DNA from: Rebecca billardiae RCC1528
Lineage: Eukaryota; Protista; Haptophyta
Length of the DNA: 64,000 nt
Direction of reading: 5' to 3'
Assembly (NCBI GenBank): GCA_965240325.2
Contig: OZ251250.1
Span: 744,001 to 808,000 of the forward strand
A program made the position numbers and the translations under genes. The notes under the pieces were generated by a model. It worked only from the letters and a program-made list of their open reading frames with translations. It searched no databases and was not told the DNA's origin. Within the stretch, counting starts at the first letter, position 1, and each line of letters starts with the position of its first letter. Below, one piece after another: positions 24,170-34,992 of the stretch.

Positions 24170-26358
24170 CTAGCAGTCGTCTGATGAGCCGTCCTCGTCG
24201 TCGAACTCATCGCCGACGTCACCGGGCCGCCGGCTGTCGTCAAAGTCGATCGTGGTCTCGTCGAGCTTGCGCTGCTTGCGCGCGGCGCGCGTGGGCACGC
24301 GCTCGACCGCCTCCCGGCACGGCCCGCGCACGTCGCAGTTGTCCACCAGCTCGTTGCCCGCCAGCCAGACCTCGCCGCGCCGCGCCTCGTCGAGTCGCGT
24401 GCATGCCGCCATCGCGGCGCGCAGCGTGCCAGACAGCGGCACGCGGTCCGGCCGGATCACGTCGTCCAGGTCGGGCCTGCGCTCGCGCGCGACGGCGTGG
24501 CCGTAGTTGCGCCGGAAGCGGCAGTTGGTGACGCGCGCCTCGAGCTGCCCAAGGACGTGCACCACGCCGTGCCCCGCGCGCGCCATCGTGTCGTTGTCGC
24601 CGCGGCAGTTGCGCAGGAACGCGCAGCACTCGACCTCGTGCGAGACCGGCCACTCCGACGGCGGCGGCACGCGCAGCGCGCCAAGCTGCACGCCGATCAC
24701 CTCCTCCGGGTCGCTCGGCGAGAAGGGGAGGCGCACGAGGAAGCGCGGCGGCTCGGCGTCGCCCGGCTTGGGACCGACGTAGATACCGCGCTGCTCGTTG
24801 AGCTCAGGCCGCGCGCGCAGCCCCGCGAGCGAGACCGTCGCGCCCGGCTGCGGCGGCGCGCTCGGCGGCTGCGCGTCGCCGGCCAGTAGCTCGTGCATGG
24901 TCGGGGGGAGGGCGTGGGCGAGCAGGTGGATCGCGCCGCCGCCCGCGCGCTGGAAGGTGCAGTGCGCGGCGCGCAGCGTGGCCGAGACGGCGCGCACGCA
25001 CACGCCGCGCCCACACTCTTGGGGCTCGTCGTCGCCCTCCTCCTCCGCATCCGACGGCCACTCGCCGTCCGCCGTGCCGAGCGCCGCAAAGTCGTTGGCT
25101 TCCGCCCGCTCCTCGTCGCCATATGAGAGGTCGTAGTTATTCGTGCAGCGGAGCAGGCAGCTCTCGAGCTCGAGGTACGCCGTGCGGAGCAGCCGATCTC
25201 TCCGCTGCGCGGGCCGCGGTACGCCTGCGCGCACTTCTGCGCCTCGACCACCGCCGCGCCGGCGCCGTGCGTCGCGCCCACGATCCCGCCGGCGCACTCG
25301 GCGCGCAGGGCGAGGTGGGCGAGCCGGAGGCCGACGCGGTAGGCGGGCGCGCCCCCCTCGGCTGCGGCGGCGAGGGCTTCAAACGGCATGCCCTCCGGCT
25401 CCGTCGTCAGCCTGACCACCGCCGGGTCGTTGAACGCAAATTTGTCCAGCTCGTCGTCGTCGTACTCGTCCGGGTCGTCGTCGAAGATGTTCACGTGGTG
25501 CGCGTGCCGGCCGATGCCGATGATCTCGACCTCGCGCCGCGGGCTGGTCGCGCTCTCGGCGTGGAAGGTCGGCGGCTGGATGAAGATGCGGTCGAAGCCC
25601 CACTCGGACGCGCAGTAGTTGCCCGGGCGCAGCAGGACGATGTCGCCGTCGCGGAAGCCCTCCTGCTTGAAGCGCGCCTTGTCCTCCTCCGAGTCCGCGC
25701 GGTAGTGGCGCCAGCCCTCGGGCAGCGGCCGCTGCCGGTCGAAATGCGCTTCGAAGCGCTCCATGAAGCTGAGGCGGCCCTCGGGCGAGTCCGAGTCGCT
25801 GATCTCATCGTGCTGTTCAAACGGCTGGTGGGGCACCGGGTTCACGATCGTACGCACGCAGAGGCGGTTCGACTCGGTGGAGAGCCCAACCCCCTGGTGG
25901 GGATCCCCGTGCACGAGCACGCGCACGCGCTCGCGCAGGGGCCGCCTGAACAGCCCGTCGTCTCGCGAGAAGCGCGCGCTCGGCGGCGGGAGCGTCGTGC
26001 GTCGCTCATGCTGGTTCCGCGTGGAGAACCAGAGGTCGAGCGGGCCGTGGCCGACGCCGGGGTGCTCGGGCGCGTGTGCAGGCACATGCGTTGCCTCCGT
26101 CGTCGTCGGATCCGCCGTCGCGGGAGCCCCCGGGCCCGCGGCGGCGCCCGGCGCCGGTGCGCGTTGCTCCTCGCCTTCGTGCTGCTGCTTGGCTCGGCAG
26201 ATGGGCTTGTGCTGCGGCCAGTGCGCTCGTTGGCAGTCCCGGCTGCAGTAGACTGCCTCCTCGCAGCCCGAGCACTTGCGCCGCTTGGTGGCCTGCTCCG
26301 TCTGCGGGCACGCCGGGTTGAAGCACCGCTTGCCGGGCTGCGTCGTCGGCGGCGCCAT
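24170..26358 (-). CDS. MYND zinc-finger protein with right-handed beta-helix-like region and an inserted SH3-like 'PELN' module; frame change near 25200 (short intron or frameshift)
   Basis: CFNPAC...KCSGCEEAVYCSRDCQRAHWPQHKPIC is a MYND finger. GDIVLLRPGNY, VEIIGIG, AAHCTFQRAGGGAIHL and VTNCRFRRNYGHAV are beta-helix-like. GATVSLAGLRARPELNEQRG...RFLVRL is the insert. Two overlapping ORFs (24697-26397 and 24170-25297) carry the two halves. Confidence 0.72.
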
Positions 26359-26764
26359 CCTGGCCACGGTGCGCCAGCGACTTAATATTAAGGGCACTTT
26401 GCGACTTGCGTCGCTTGACCGGACGGCTCAGCGCTCCCGGTTCCCGGAATGACCAGGCGCAACCGTTTCTGTGGTGAAACTCATCTGCTCGATATTCATC
26501 CAGCTGCTCCAGTGGCACTGGGATGATCAACAGCTGGGGATGAATGATTATGATAATCAAACGCTGCCGGCCAATCGGCCATAGGCGGGTTCAGGGTTGT
26601 GAATACGTGTACCCGAACGGGAACACTCATCACCACGCACTCAATTTCAAATTCACAGGCGTTACGGTGCATGCCATCTGTCATCGTCGGGACCGCGCGG
26701 CGGCGGATCGCCCCAGCCCAAAAAGCGGTCCCTCGTCGTCCGCGCGTGCACCGCACACAGCGCG

Positions 26765-28219
26765 ATGTCTGCGGACGAGCAGTTGCCGTGCCCCACGTTA
26801 TTTGCGAGCTTCCCGGAATGGACGGGGGCGGAGCTCTCGGGGCGCTACGCGCTCGAGCCGGCAGACCGCCATGGCGACCCATCCTCACCCGTCTGGCGCT
26901 CCATCGACCCGTCGCAGGACGCCGCGTACATCTACTACGATCTGCGGCACAGCGCATGGCAGCTCGGTCCCGAGCCGCACGGCGCGCGCACGTACGCGCG
27001 CGCGCCATCGTACCAGATCAACCTGCCGCCCGCGACGGGCTGGGAGGTCCCGTTCCTCGGCGCCATGTGGATCACCGCGAGCCCGCACACCGGCATCGTC
27101 CCGGCGGGCGCGTGCGTCGCCAAGCCTCGCGAAGACGCGTCCATGTGGCCCGCGTGCGACACGTTCGGGCCGCGCTGGGGCGGCTGCTCGCAGCTCACGA
27201 TCAAGCGCGCGGACGGGCGCCCCCGTGGCGCGCCGCTGATCCCGGGGATGCGCCCGCCGCCCGCGTCGTGGGACGCGTGGACCATGGTCACCCCGATCGA
27301 CCTGATCAGCTCGGTGCAGTGGGTGCTCCTCCCGGACTCTGAGGGCTTCGAGCCGGCGGCGGACGCGCCCCCGGACGCGACCCCGGCGCTGAAGCACGGC
27401 AGACCGCACTACGTGTCCGCCGAGGAGGTGCTGCTGCCCTCCTCCGGCAAGCCCGCCACGCTGCACCTCTACTACATGCTGCGCTTCAACATGTGGGTCA
27501 TCGGCGCGGACGACTGCGGCTGCAACGGACTCTTCTACGCGCGCGCCGGCTCGCGCGCGCCGGTGCCGGAGGCGGTGCCGATGCGCTCGTGGCAGGTCAA
27601 AAAGTACGACGACGGCCCCGGGCGCGAGCTCGAGGCGGGCTCGTGGGTGCGCGTGCCGCTCGTGCTGCGGCTGGACGGCTGCTGCGCCGGCGCCGAGCTG
27701 AGCGCCGAGGCCAAGAACCAGACGGCTGACGAAACGGACGAAACCGGAGCGGCCGAGGCGGCGCCGATGGAGAAGGCGGCGGCGGCCGCGCCGCCGGCGG
27801 CGGGGTCGAGCGCAGGCGCGACGCCGCCGAGCGAGGTGCCGGCGGCGGTTGCGCCGCCGGCGGCGGGGTCGAGCGCAGGCGCGACGCCGCCGAGCGAGGT
27901 GGCGGCGGCCGCCGCGCCGCCGGCGGCGTGGGCGCGGTCGAGCGCACGCGCAACGGCGCCGAGCGAGATGGCGGCGGCGGCCACGCTGCCGTCGGCCGGG
28001 TTGATCGCCGGCGCAACGCCGCCGGGGGTGATGGCGGACGAGCTGCTGTCCCTGCTGCTGCTCGTGGCTGCCGTCGTGCTGCTGATCGCCGCCCTCGCCG
28101 CACGCCGAACACTGCGACCGTCCCTGCGGTGCGGCGCGAATCACGCACAGCCGGCGCGCCCCAGCCGCCGCCGGAGGTCTGCGCGCCTCGAGCTGGGCGC
28201 CGACCTGCAGCTGCTGTGA
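26765..28219 (+). CDS. Unknown single-pass membrane protein: two copies of an aromatic-rich beta domain, a Pro/Ala/Ser repeat stalk and a C-terminal TM helix
   Basis: Repeat 1: GRY...PVW...YIYYD...WQLG...YARA...PPATGWEV. Repeat 2: GRPHY...LYYM...WVIG...FYARA...PEAVP..SWQV. TM helix LLSLLLLVAAVVLLIAALAA followed by RR. The true start may lie upstream. Confidence 0.72.
   Translation: MSADEQLPCPTLFASFPEWTGAELSGRYALEPADRHGDPSSPVWRSIDPSQDAAYIYYDLRHSAWQLGPEPHGARTYARAPSYQINLPPATGWEVPFLGAMWITASPHTGIVPAGACVAKPREDASMWPACDTFGPRWGGCSQLTIKRADGRPRGAPLIPGMRPPPASWDAWTMVTPIDLISSVQWVLLPDSEGFEPAADAPPDATPALKHGRPHYVSAEEVLLPSSGKPATLHLYYMLRFNMWVIGADDCGCNGLFYARAGSRAPVPEAVPMRSWQVKKYDDGPGRELEAGSWVRVPLVLRLDGCCAGAELSAEAKNQTADETDETGAAEAAPMEKAAAAAPPAAGSSAGATPPSEVPAAVAPPAAGSSAGATPPSEVAAAAAPPAAWARSSARATAPSEMAAAATLPSAGLIAGATPPGVMADELLSLLLLVAAVVLLIAALAARRTLRPSLRCGANHAQPARPSRRRRSARLELGADLQLL
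27775..28025 (+). repeat. ~60-bp coding tandem repeat, ~4 degenerate copies (AAAAPPAAGSSAGATPPSEV)
   Basis: gcgccgccggcggcggggtcgagcgcaggcgcgacgccgccgagcgaggtg recurs with a 60-bp period. Confidence 0.85.
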
Positions 28220-28692
28220 GCATGGAGAGATGCCAGTGGCAACGGTCGGGGGCGCGGCGTCGGCCACGGCCAGCACGGCGGGGGCTGCCGCGCACCGAAG
28301 TCCGAACGCTCCGCCTGAGCCCTGACGCCTCCGGCTCCGCCGCCGGCCGCACCTCGCCCTCGGCCTCGCGCCCCCGACAGGCGGCCCGATCAGCGGCAAC
28401 CTTCATTTCTTCCCTTCCGATTATTCCTTTGATTGCAAGCTACGCTCGTTATCCGCATCAGCAACCGGCCTGCGACGGGCATCTCTCAGAGTCTGATCCC
28501 AGCAACTCAATCTGTCGGCGACGTCGTGGCTAACTAACGCCAACGGTCGTCACGCCCAAAGTCCAATAAAGAAATAGATGACGCCGGGCAGCCCTTGCGT
28601 TGGGTTTTTCGGGGGGCGCCCCCCCCCGACGAGGCGATTAACAACGACGGCATTCGAATAAATCCCGCCGGTCGCGCGAGCAGGCTCGCAGC

Positions 28693-29589
28693 ATGCCCGC
28701 GCCGTGGCTGCCGCTGGTCGCGCTCGCCCTCTTCAAGTCCGGCCGGGGGCCGCCGCCGCTCGCACCTCCGAGCAGGGCGCCGCCGCCGCTCAGGCAGGGC
28801 GTATCGATGGCCTCTGACCCCGCCGCCGACGCCGCCGCCACCGAGGCGCTTCTCCCGCAGCACGCCGTCGCAGCGTCAGCGGCGCCGTCGCTGCCGCGCG
28901 AGCTAGCAGGGGAGGCTGTCGGCACGTTCGTGCTGATGGTGCTCGGCGGCGGCGTGCTGTGCACGGCGCAGCTGAGTCCACTCGCCGTCGACCTCTTCCA
29001 CGTCGCTGTCGCGTGGGGTGCCTCCGTCACCGTCGCCATCGCCGTGTGCGGCGGCGCGTCCGCATCCCACTTCAACCCCGCCGTCACCGTCGCCATGGCG
29101 ACCTTCAACGGCTTCCCGCGGCGCAAGCTGGCGCCGTACGTGTGCGCGCAGCTGCTCGGCGCGACGTTGGCCTCGCTGCTCCTCGCGCTCACCTGGCGCG
29201 CCGCGCTCGCCTCCGCCGACCACCTCCCCTTTGCCCTCGCGTTTGGCGACGCACCCGGCGCTGCGGTCGCGCGCTCGTGGCTCGACGCGGCTTGCACGGA
29301 GGCGTGGGCGACGGCGCTGCTGGTGTACGCGATCCTCGCGGTGCCGGCCGGCCCGGCGAAGCCCGCGCTGATCGGCGCGACGGTGACCATGCTCATCCTC
29401 GCCGTCGGCGCGCTCACAGGCGCATGCCTCAACCCGGCGCGCGATCTCGGGCCCAGACTGGTGGCGGCCGCGTGGCGGCTGGGGCCGCCCGCCGCGCGCA
29501 GCTGCGCGCAGTCGGCGGCGTACTGCGTCGGCCCGCTGGTGGGCGGGCTGCTCGGCGGCGCGGCCCACTGGCTGGTCTCGCGGCTCTGA
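28693..29589 (+). CDS. Major intrinsic protein (aquaporin/aquaglyceroporin, GlpF-like) with an N-terminal targeting extension
   Basis: GEAVGTFVLM, SHFNPAVT, CLNPARDLGPRL, YCVGPLVGGLLG; six hydrophobic helices; intronless. Confidence 0.93.
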   Translation: MPAPWLPLVALALFKSGRGPPPLAPPSRAPPPLRQGVSMASDPAADAAATEALLPQHAVAASAAPSLPRELAGEAVGTFVLMVLGGGVLCTAQLSPLAVDLFHVAVAWGASVTVAIAVCGGASASHFNPAVTVAMATFNGFPRRKLAPYVCAQLLGATLASLLLALTWRAALASADHLPFALAFGDAPGAAVARSWLDAACTEAWATALLVYAILAVPAGPAKPALIGATVTMLILAVGALTGACLNPARDLGPRLVAAAWRLGPPAARSCAQSAAYCVGPLVGGLLGGAAHWLVSRL

Positions 29590-30221
29590 CACCGCGGCCC
29601 GAGGTGCTCGGGTTATCCGGCTCGCGGCGGCCGCCGCCCGATCAATCTGATTGAGTGCATCTCCGGGCATCATCTCCGCCTCCGGCGGATGACTCGTCAC
29701 TCGCCGTCTCGCGTAGTGCCGAGTGCGCAAGGCCCGCAAGGATGAACTACGACGACTGACTGCACAGCACATATATCAGCTACTACTACGACAACTGACA
29801 CTGCTGACATCATCAGTAAGCCGCGCACTCAGCTGAGACGCGCCAGAGCAGTCTACCCCGTGGGCGTTACGACTTAGTCTTACACGGTTACGAGCGCCAG
29901 CGGGGCAGCGGGCGACTCGGAGCCGCCCTGAGCACCGCCAGCGGCGGTGGGCATGCTGGGCATCATCACGCGCGACTGTATATAGCAGTCGTACATGCTG
30001 ACTGGCGTGTCAGTGTGAGACAGTGTGCGCGGCACTGTCAAGTGTCAGGCCCACTGCGCTGCGTTAGCGTAGCCGGCAGCGCCGGCGCAGCTAGCAACGG
30101 GGCCCGTCGCTTCGTCTGCTGCGAGCGCTCCGACCAAGCGTCCGTGTGCCATCACGCGCGGGGAGCCACCGCCACCGACTAGTTCCGTTAGTAGCGCGTG
30201 GCGGCGGGGACCGTCTGTCCA

Positions 30222-33200
30222 TCACTGCGGCCGCCACCTGAGGCTGCTGCCGAGGGCGAGCAGGCTGCTGAGCAGTCCGGTCGTGCCGCCATCGCCGCCG
30301 TCTGCTGCCGCGCTCCCGTCACCGCCCACGCTCGCGCTCGCGCCCGCCGCCGCCGCCGCCGAGCGTGGCGCGGCGCCCCCCGCGCCGCCGTGCGTGCCTG
30401 CACCGCCGCCCTTCCGCGACTCCGGCTCCAGCGGGCGGTCGCAGTTGGGCTCGCCGTTCGAGGCGAGGTGGTGTGCGCGGCTGGCGGCGTTGGTGAGTAG
30501 AGGGTCATCGATGGCGTCGTCCAGCGCGCGCTGCACCCGTTGTCGGTGGGAGACGAGGGACATGGCGCGCCAGGTGATCTGCTCGCCCTCCGCCACCATC
30601 CGCGCGAGCTCCGCCTTGGTCGAGACGTTGTTGATCACGTTCAGATAGTCGCGAAGCGGCACGGTCGGCGAGAGGGTCACGTCGCCGAGCGTGTCCTGCA
30701 GGAAGACATGCGACCAGTCGACACCGAAGAACTCCGGACCAAGCCGCTGCGCGCGCATCAGCCGAAGTAGCTTGAGCATGTCCTCCTGCGAGCGAGCGCG
30801 TGGGAGGGGGGGCGGGCAGCGCGGGGCGGGTGCCCAAGGCCGCGCGTGAGACGGCCGTGAGACGCGCACGCGCGCGCCTGCCACGGGGTGCCGCGTGTGT
30901 GCGGCGCTCCCGCTCGGTGGCTGCCGGGGCGCGTGTGCGCGCGTGTGAGCGCGTGTGGCGCGTGTGCGCGCGTGCGGCGCGGTGCTGTGCGGTGCTGTGC
31001 GGTGCGGCGCGGTGCGGTGCGGTGCCGTGCGGTGCGGCGCGGTGCTTGTGCTGATGCCGCGCCCTCGGCCAGGGTTAGGGTTAGGGGCTAGGGTTGTGAT
31101 GGCCGCTCACCTTGAGCCAGACCTCGAGCGTGCTCAGAATGAAACCGCCGCGCCAGCCGCCGTTGCGCCGGCGCCACAGGTTGGGGTACCCATAGCTGCC
31201 CTCGGCCGCGTAGCAGAACGGCAGGATGTGCGGGTTCACCTGCGACACGATCGTGAAGTGCACGTTGAACATCTGCGAGAGCGCCTGCTTGGGCACGTCG
31301 AACTCGAACGAGCCGTCTCGCATCCGCACGACCTCGGCGCGCGGCGGCGGCGGCGGCGGCGGCGGCGGCGTGGCGCCCAGCTCGCAGGCCTCGGGCGCGG
31401 CGGCGGCGGCGGCCGCCGCCGCGTCGGCCGCCGGCTCGTTCTCGCGCTCGGCGCGCTCGGGCGGGCGCGACCCCGCCGCCGCGCCGACGCCGCCGCGCGC
31501 CGCCGCCCTCGCCGACGCCGCGCCCGAGGCCTGCGAGCTGGGCGCCGCGCCGCCGCCGCCGCCGAAGCCGCCGCCGCCGAGGGGTGGCGGCAGCGCACCG
31601 CTGTCCGACTCCACGCCCGGCCCCTCCGCGGACGGGCCGAGCTGCAGCGCGGGCCCGGGCGCGGAGGTGCCGCCCGCCGCCTCGACGAGGCTGAGGTCGT
31701 GGTCCTGGCACGTGCGCAGCGAGCCGTCCGCCAGCTTCTCCTGCAGCGCCACCGGCGGGATCAGCATCGGCACGCACGAGGACGCGCACACCGCAGAAGC
31801 GACCGTTACGTTGGGCGCGGTTACGTGGTTGAGCATCAACGGCGGCGCGCCCTTTGCGAGCCGCTTGTGCGGCGTGCACGTGATGGAGACGACGCGCCCC
31901 GAGATCAGGTACGCCTGCCGCCGGGGCGCGCGGGGCCGGCCGGGCGGCGCGGAGCGTGAGGGAGCCGGCGCCGGCGGCGGGGAGAAATGTGCGCGCACGC
32001 GGCGCACGGCGGGCGCCGGGCGCCGCGCCGGGCGCCGGCCGCGCCGCGCGCTCGCGGCGCGCGGCGCACCTCGCGGAAGGTGCAGCCCTTGGCGAACCAA
32101 TCCATGTGCCGCAAGAAGTCGGCCGTCTCGTACAGCACGCCGTGGCGCAGCAGCCGCTTCAGCTTCCACCAGTGCGAGCCGTGTAACGGGCCGTTACTCC
32201 CCTGCTCCCGAAACAGCCGGTCCAGCCCGTGCAGGTCTGCCAGCGCCTCCTCGTCGGTGCGGGTGGCGAGGAAGGCGGCGATCACGGCGCCGGCGGAGGT
32301 GCCGCAGATCACGCGGGGCAGCATGCGCCGCTCGAGCAGCGCGCGCACCACGCCGTAGTGGTAGCAGCCGAGCATCGCGCCGCCCGACAGCAGCAGCGCC
32401 GTGTTGCCGAAACCGACACGCGCCTGCTGCCAAAAGGGAAGGCATGCGGCGCGCGCGGCGGCGGAGGTGGCGCCCCACGCGCGCAGCGTCTCGAGGCACG
32501 CGCAGAGCTCGTCGTAGTACCGCTCGATCAGCTCCTTCGTGCCCACGTGCGTCTGCACGCGGCGCGCCGCGCGCAGTCAGGGCGGTGCCGGCGCATGGGC
32601 GGCGCGCTCGGCAGCCGCGCGGCGCGCGGCGCGCGCAAGGCAGCGGTGCGGCGCCGTGCGCGCGCGCGAGGAGGCGGCGGCGGCGGCGGCGGCGCGCGCG
32701 CGCGCGCGCACCTTGCAGTACAGCTCGGCGGACATGGTGCCCGCGTAGTTCTTCGCGAACGTCGGCAGCAACACGCTCTCCAGCTCAGCGATCGCCGCGC
32801 GCGATGGCTCGGCCGCTGCGCGCTCGCGCGCGTGCCGAAGCCGGCGCGTGACGGCCTGCACCTGCCGCCCTGCGCGCAGCCGCCAGGCGCGGAGGGCACC
32901 GCCCTTCAGCCACGCGCGGCCGCGCGGCCGCGCACGGCAGCGAAGCGCGCGGGCGGCGCGCGCGCGCTTGGACGCGCAGAGGCGCGCACGGTCGCGCGCG
33001 CACAGTTGTACGCGCGCGACTCAGGCTCGGACTTCCACACGTCGAGGCCCTCGAGCGCGTCGAGCTGCGTGCCCGCGCGGATCCACCCGTCGTACGACGA
33101 GCGGCGCATCAGCCGGTCGCGCCGCTTGTACCCCTCGACGCATACGCGCTCGACCGCGCGCACGGCGAGTCGCACGAGCCCGTATAGCAGCAGATCGCCG

Positions 33201-33367
33201 AGCAGGAGGGCGGAGAGGAAGCAGAGGAGCGGCACGCGGAGGACGGTGTACGTCCCGTAGCGCAGGCACAGCGGCGTGAGCACGCACACCAGCGTGAGGC
33301 TCGGGCCGGGCAGCTGCTCGGCGAAGAGCAAAGCCCACGCCCACAGCGGCGCGATCACACCCATCAT
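30222..33367 (-). CDS. Patatin-like triacylglycerol lipase (SDP1/TGL3-4-5 type); exons 33367-33004, 32869-32712, 32552-32070, 31914-31111, 30785-30222
   Basis: SYDGWIRAGTQLDALEGLDVWK...YN|WRQV, THVGTKELIERY, FGNTALLLSGGAMLGCYHYGV (oxyanion loop), GTSAG (nucleophile), TFRE|AYLISGR, LNHVTAPNV, RDGS (catalytic Asp), FNVHFTIVSQVNPHI. Four GT-AG introns. Confidence 0.93.
31071..31096 (+). repeat. Short interstitial telomere-like (TTAGGG)n tract in lipase intron 4; a (GCGGT)n tract lies at ~30970-31045
   Basis: agggttagggttaggggctagggttg. Confidence 0.7.
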
Positions 33368-33774
33368 GATGGCTGTCGGCCACCCGCCCGCTTGCTTGCA
33401 GCGCTCGAGGTGACGGCGCCAAAGCGTGCGGCCGAGGGGCCACCTCGGCGGAGGGTGCGCGAGGCCTCGCACACGGACCAGCGCGTCGCGGAGCGTCCAC
33501 CGCCCGCTCGCGTGCTATGGCGCGCACTTCGTTCGGAATGCGCCTGCCGGCTGCCGCCGCCCACCGCCGCCGCTTGGTGGGAGCTGCTGCCGCCGGCGGC
33601 CGCGCAAAGGCCTCTCTCGAAGTTTTTTTCGCGCGCCGGACCAGCATATTCCGGATATCGAGGCAGCCGGCAGCCGTTGGAAGTTGGCCGCACGATGGCG
33701 AACGGGCCACTCGGGCCGTCGGCTAAGGCAGGCTCTCAGGCGTAGCTCTCTGAGGCTCGCTCCTCTCCGGCCCG

Positions 33775-34575
33775 ATGGACTGGGCGGCGCCGAACGGCGA
33801 GCTGCTCGCGGTGGCTGAGCCGGCGGAGCGCCTCGCCAAGCACGGCTGGGAGCTCGCGCACAAGCTGGAGGCGGAGCGTGAGGCGAAGCGCGCGCGCGAG
33901 CGAGCGACCGAGACGAAGCTGCTGCTGCTCGCGGCGGAGCGGCGGGCGGCGCAGCGCGCACAGGCGTCGCGCGACGCCGCCGCGGCGCTCTCTGCCGCCC
34001 CGACGCCCGCCCCGCGCCTCGACCACCTCCGCGCGCGCGCGGACCTCGCCGCGCGCACGCTGCACAACCGCGAGCGCGCGCTGGCCACGGGCAATGACCA
34101 CGACCTGGCGCGCGGCGGCGCGCGCGCTCGGGACCTGGAGCTCGCGCGGCGCGCGCGCGAGCTGGACGTGCGCTTCGCGCAGATGGACCTCGCCGCGGAG
34201 CAGCGCCGGCTCGACTGCGCGCGCGGCGAGCCTCGCGGCGCCGCGCACGCCGCGCGCGCGCGCGCCGCGGTCCAAGCCGCCGCGCCACCGCCGCCGCCGC
34301 CGCCACGCGCGCAGTCGCTCGCGCTGATTTACGGCGAGCACGCGGACATCTGGTCGGCGCCGGACATGCGCGAGCGTCTGGGAGACAATCTCGCGAAGCT
34401 GCCCGAGCGCGGCGCCCCGCCCGTCGGCGGTGGCGGCCCAGCCAAGGCCGTCGGCGGCCCACTGCCCGGCGCGCGCGCCCCGGCCGTCGTCCGCGACTTT
34501 GGCGAGGCGCCCACGGGGCTGCACCACTCGCTTGGGCCGGGGCCGGGGTACTGGGAGCTCGGTGACAAGGCGTAG
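33775..34575 (+). CDS. Hypothetical coiled-coil protein
   Basis: ATG-started 266-aa ORF with genome-typical codon usage and E/R/A/L heptads (LAHKLEAEREAKRARERATETKLLLLAAE); no family recognised. Confidence 0.65.
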   Translation: MDWAAPNGELLAVAEPAERLAKHGWELAHKLEAEREAKRARERATETKLLLLAAERRAAQRAQASRDAAAALSAAPTPAPRLDHLRARADLAARTLHNRERALATGNDHDLARGGARARDLELARRARELDVRFAQMDLAAEQRRLDCARGEPRGAAHAARARAAVQAAAPPPPPPPRAQSLALIYGEHADIWSAPDMRERLGDNLAKLPERGAPPVGGGGPAKAVGGPLPGARAPAVVRDFGEAPTGLHHSLGPGPGYWELGDKA

Positions 34576-34680
34576 CGCCGGCGGAGCTTTCGGCGTGCGT
34601 AATCGGAGCTGACGGCGGGGCGACGGCGGCGCCCGGGCCCTGTCGGAACGGTCCCGGTTGACCGACGACATTTGGTGCGG

Positions 34681-34772
34681 TACAGTTTACTAAGAATAAG
34701 AGACGCACATGTACAGCTCAGGCAGGCGGCGAGATTGGCGCGCGCCAACTGTCACCGCCCATGAAGCCGTCG
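34681..34772 (+). repeat. Dispersed ~90-bp element, copy B
   Basis: tacagtttactaagaataagagacgcacatgtacagctcaggcaggcggcgagattggcgcgcgccaactgtcaccgcccatgaagccgtcg is the reverse complement of copy A with small insertions. Confidence 0.9.
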
Positions 34773-34992
34773 CGCGCGCCGATGGTAGCAGCGCAGTCCT
34801 GCGGTGCGGTATGTTTCCCGGACTATATATACGATAATTTCTGCGCGCGAGATCAGATCACAGGACCCCGGCCGGACGCAGTCACGCAGAAGAAGTCTAC
34901 TCCAGTCTCCATGCATGCGGCATCCCACCCTTCGATCCTTGATGCGCATGCATGCAGCGCGCACCCACCGCTCGGCGGTGGACCGGTGGCTG

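Noticed and set aside
34681-34800. Dispersed element as a SECIS, since copies B and C also follow stop codons and contain ATGA
   Set aside because: No SECIS helix with apical AA and a 3' GA quartet, no in-frame UGA selenoprotein candidate upstream, and copy A has no co-oriented upstream gene.
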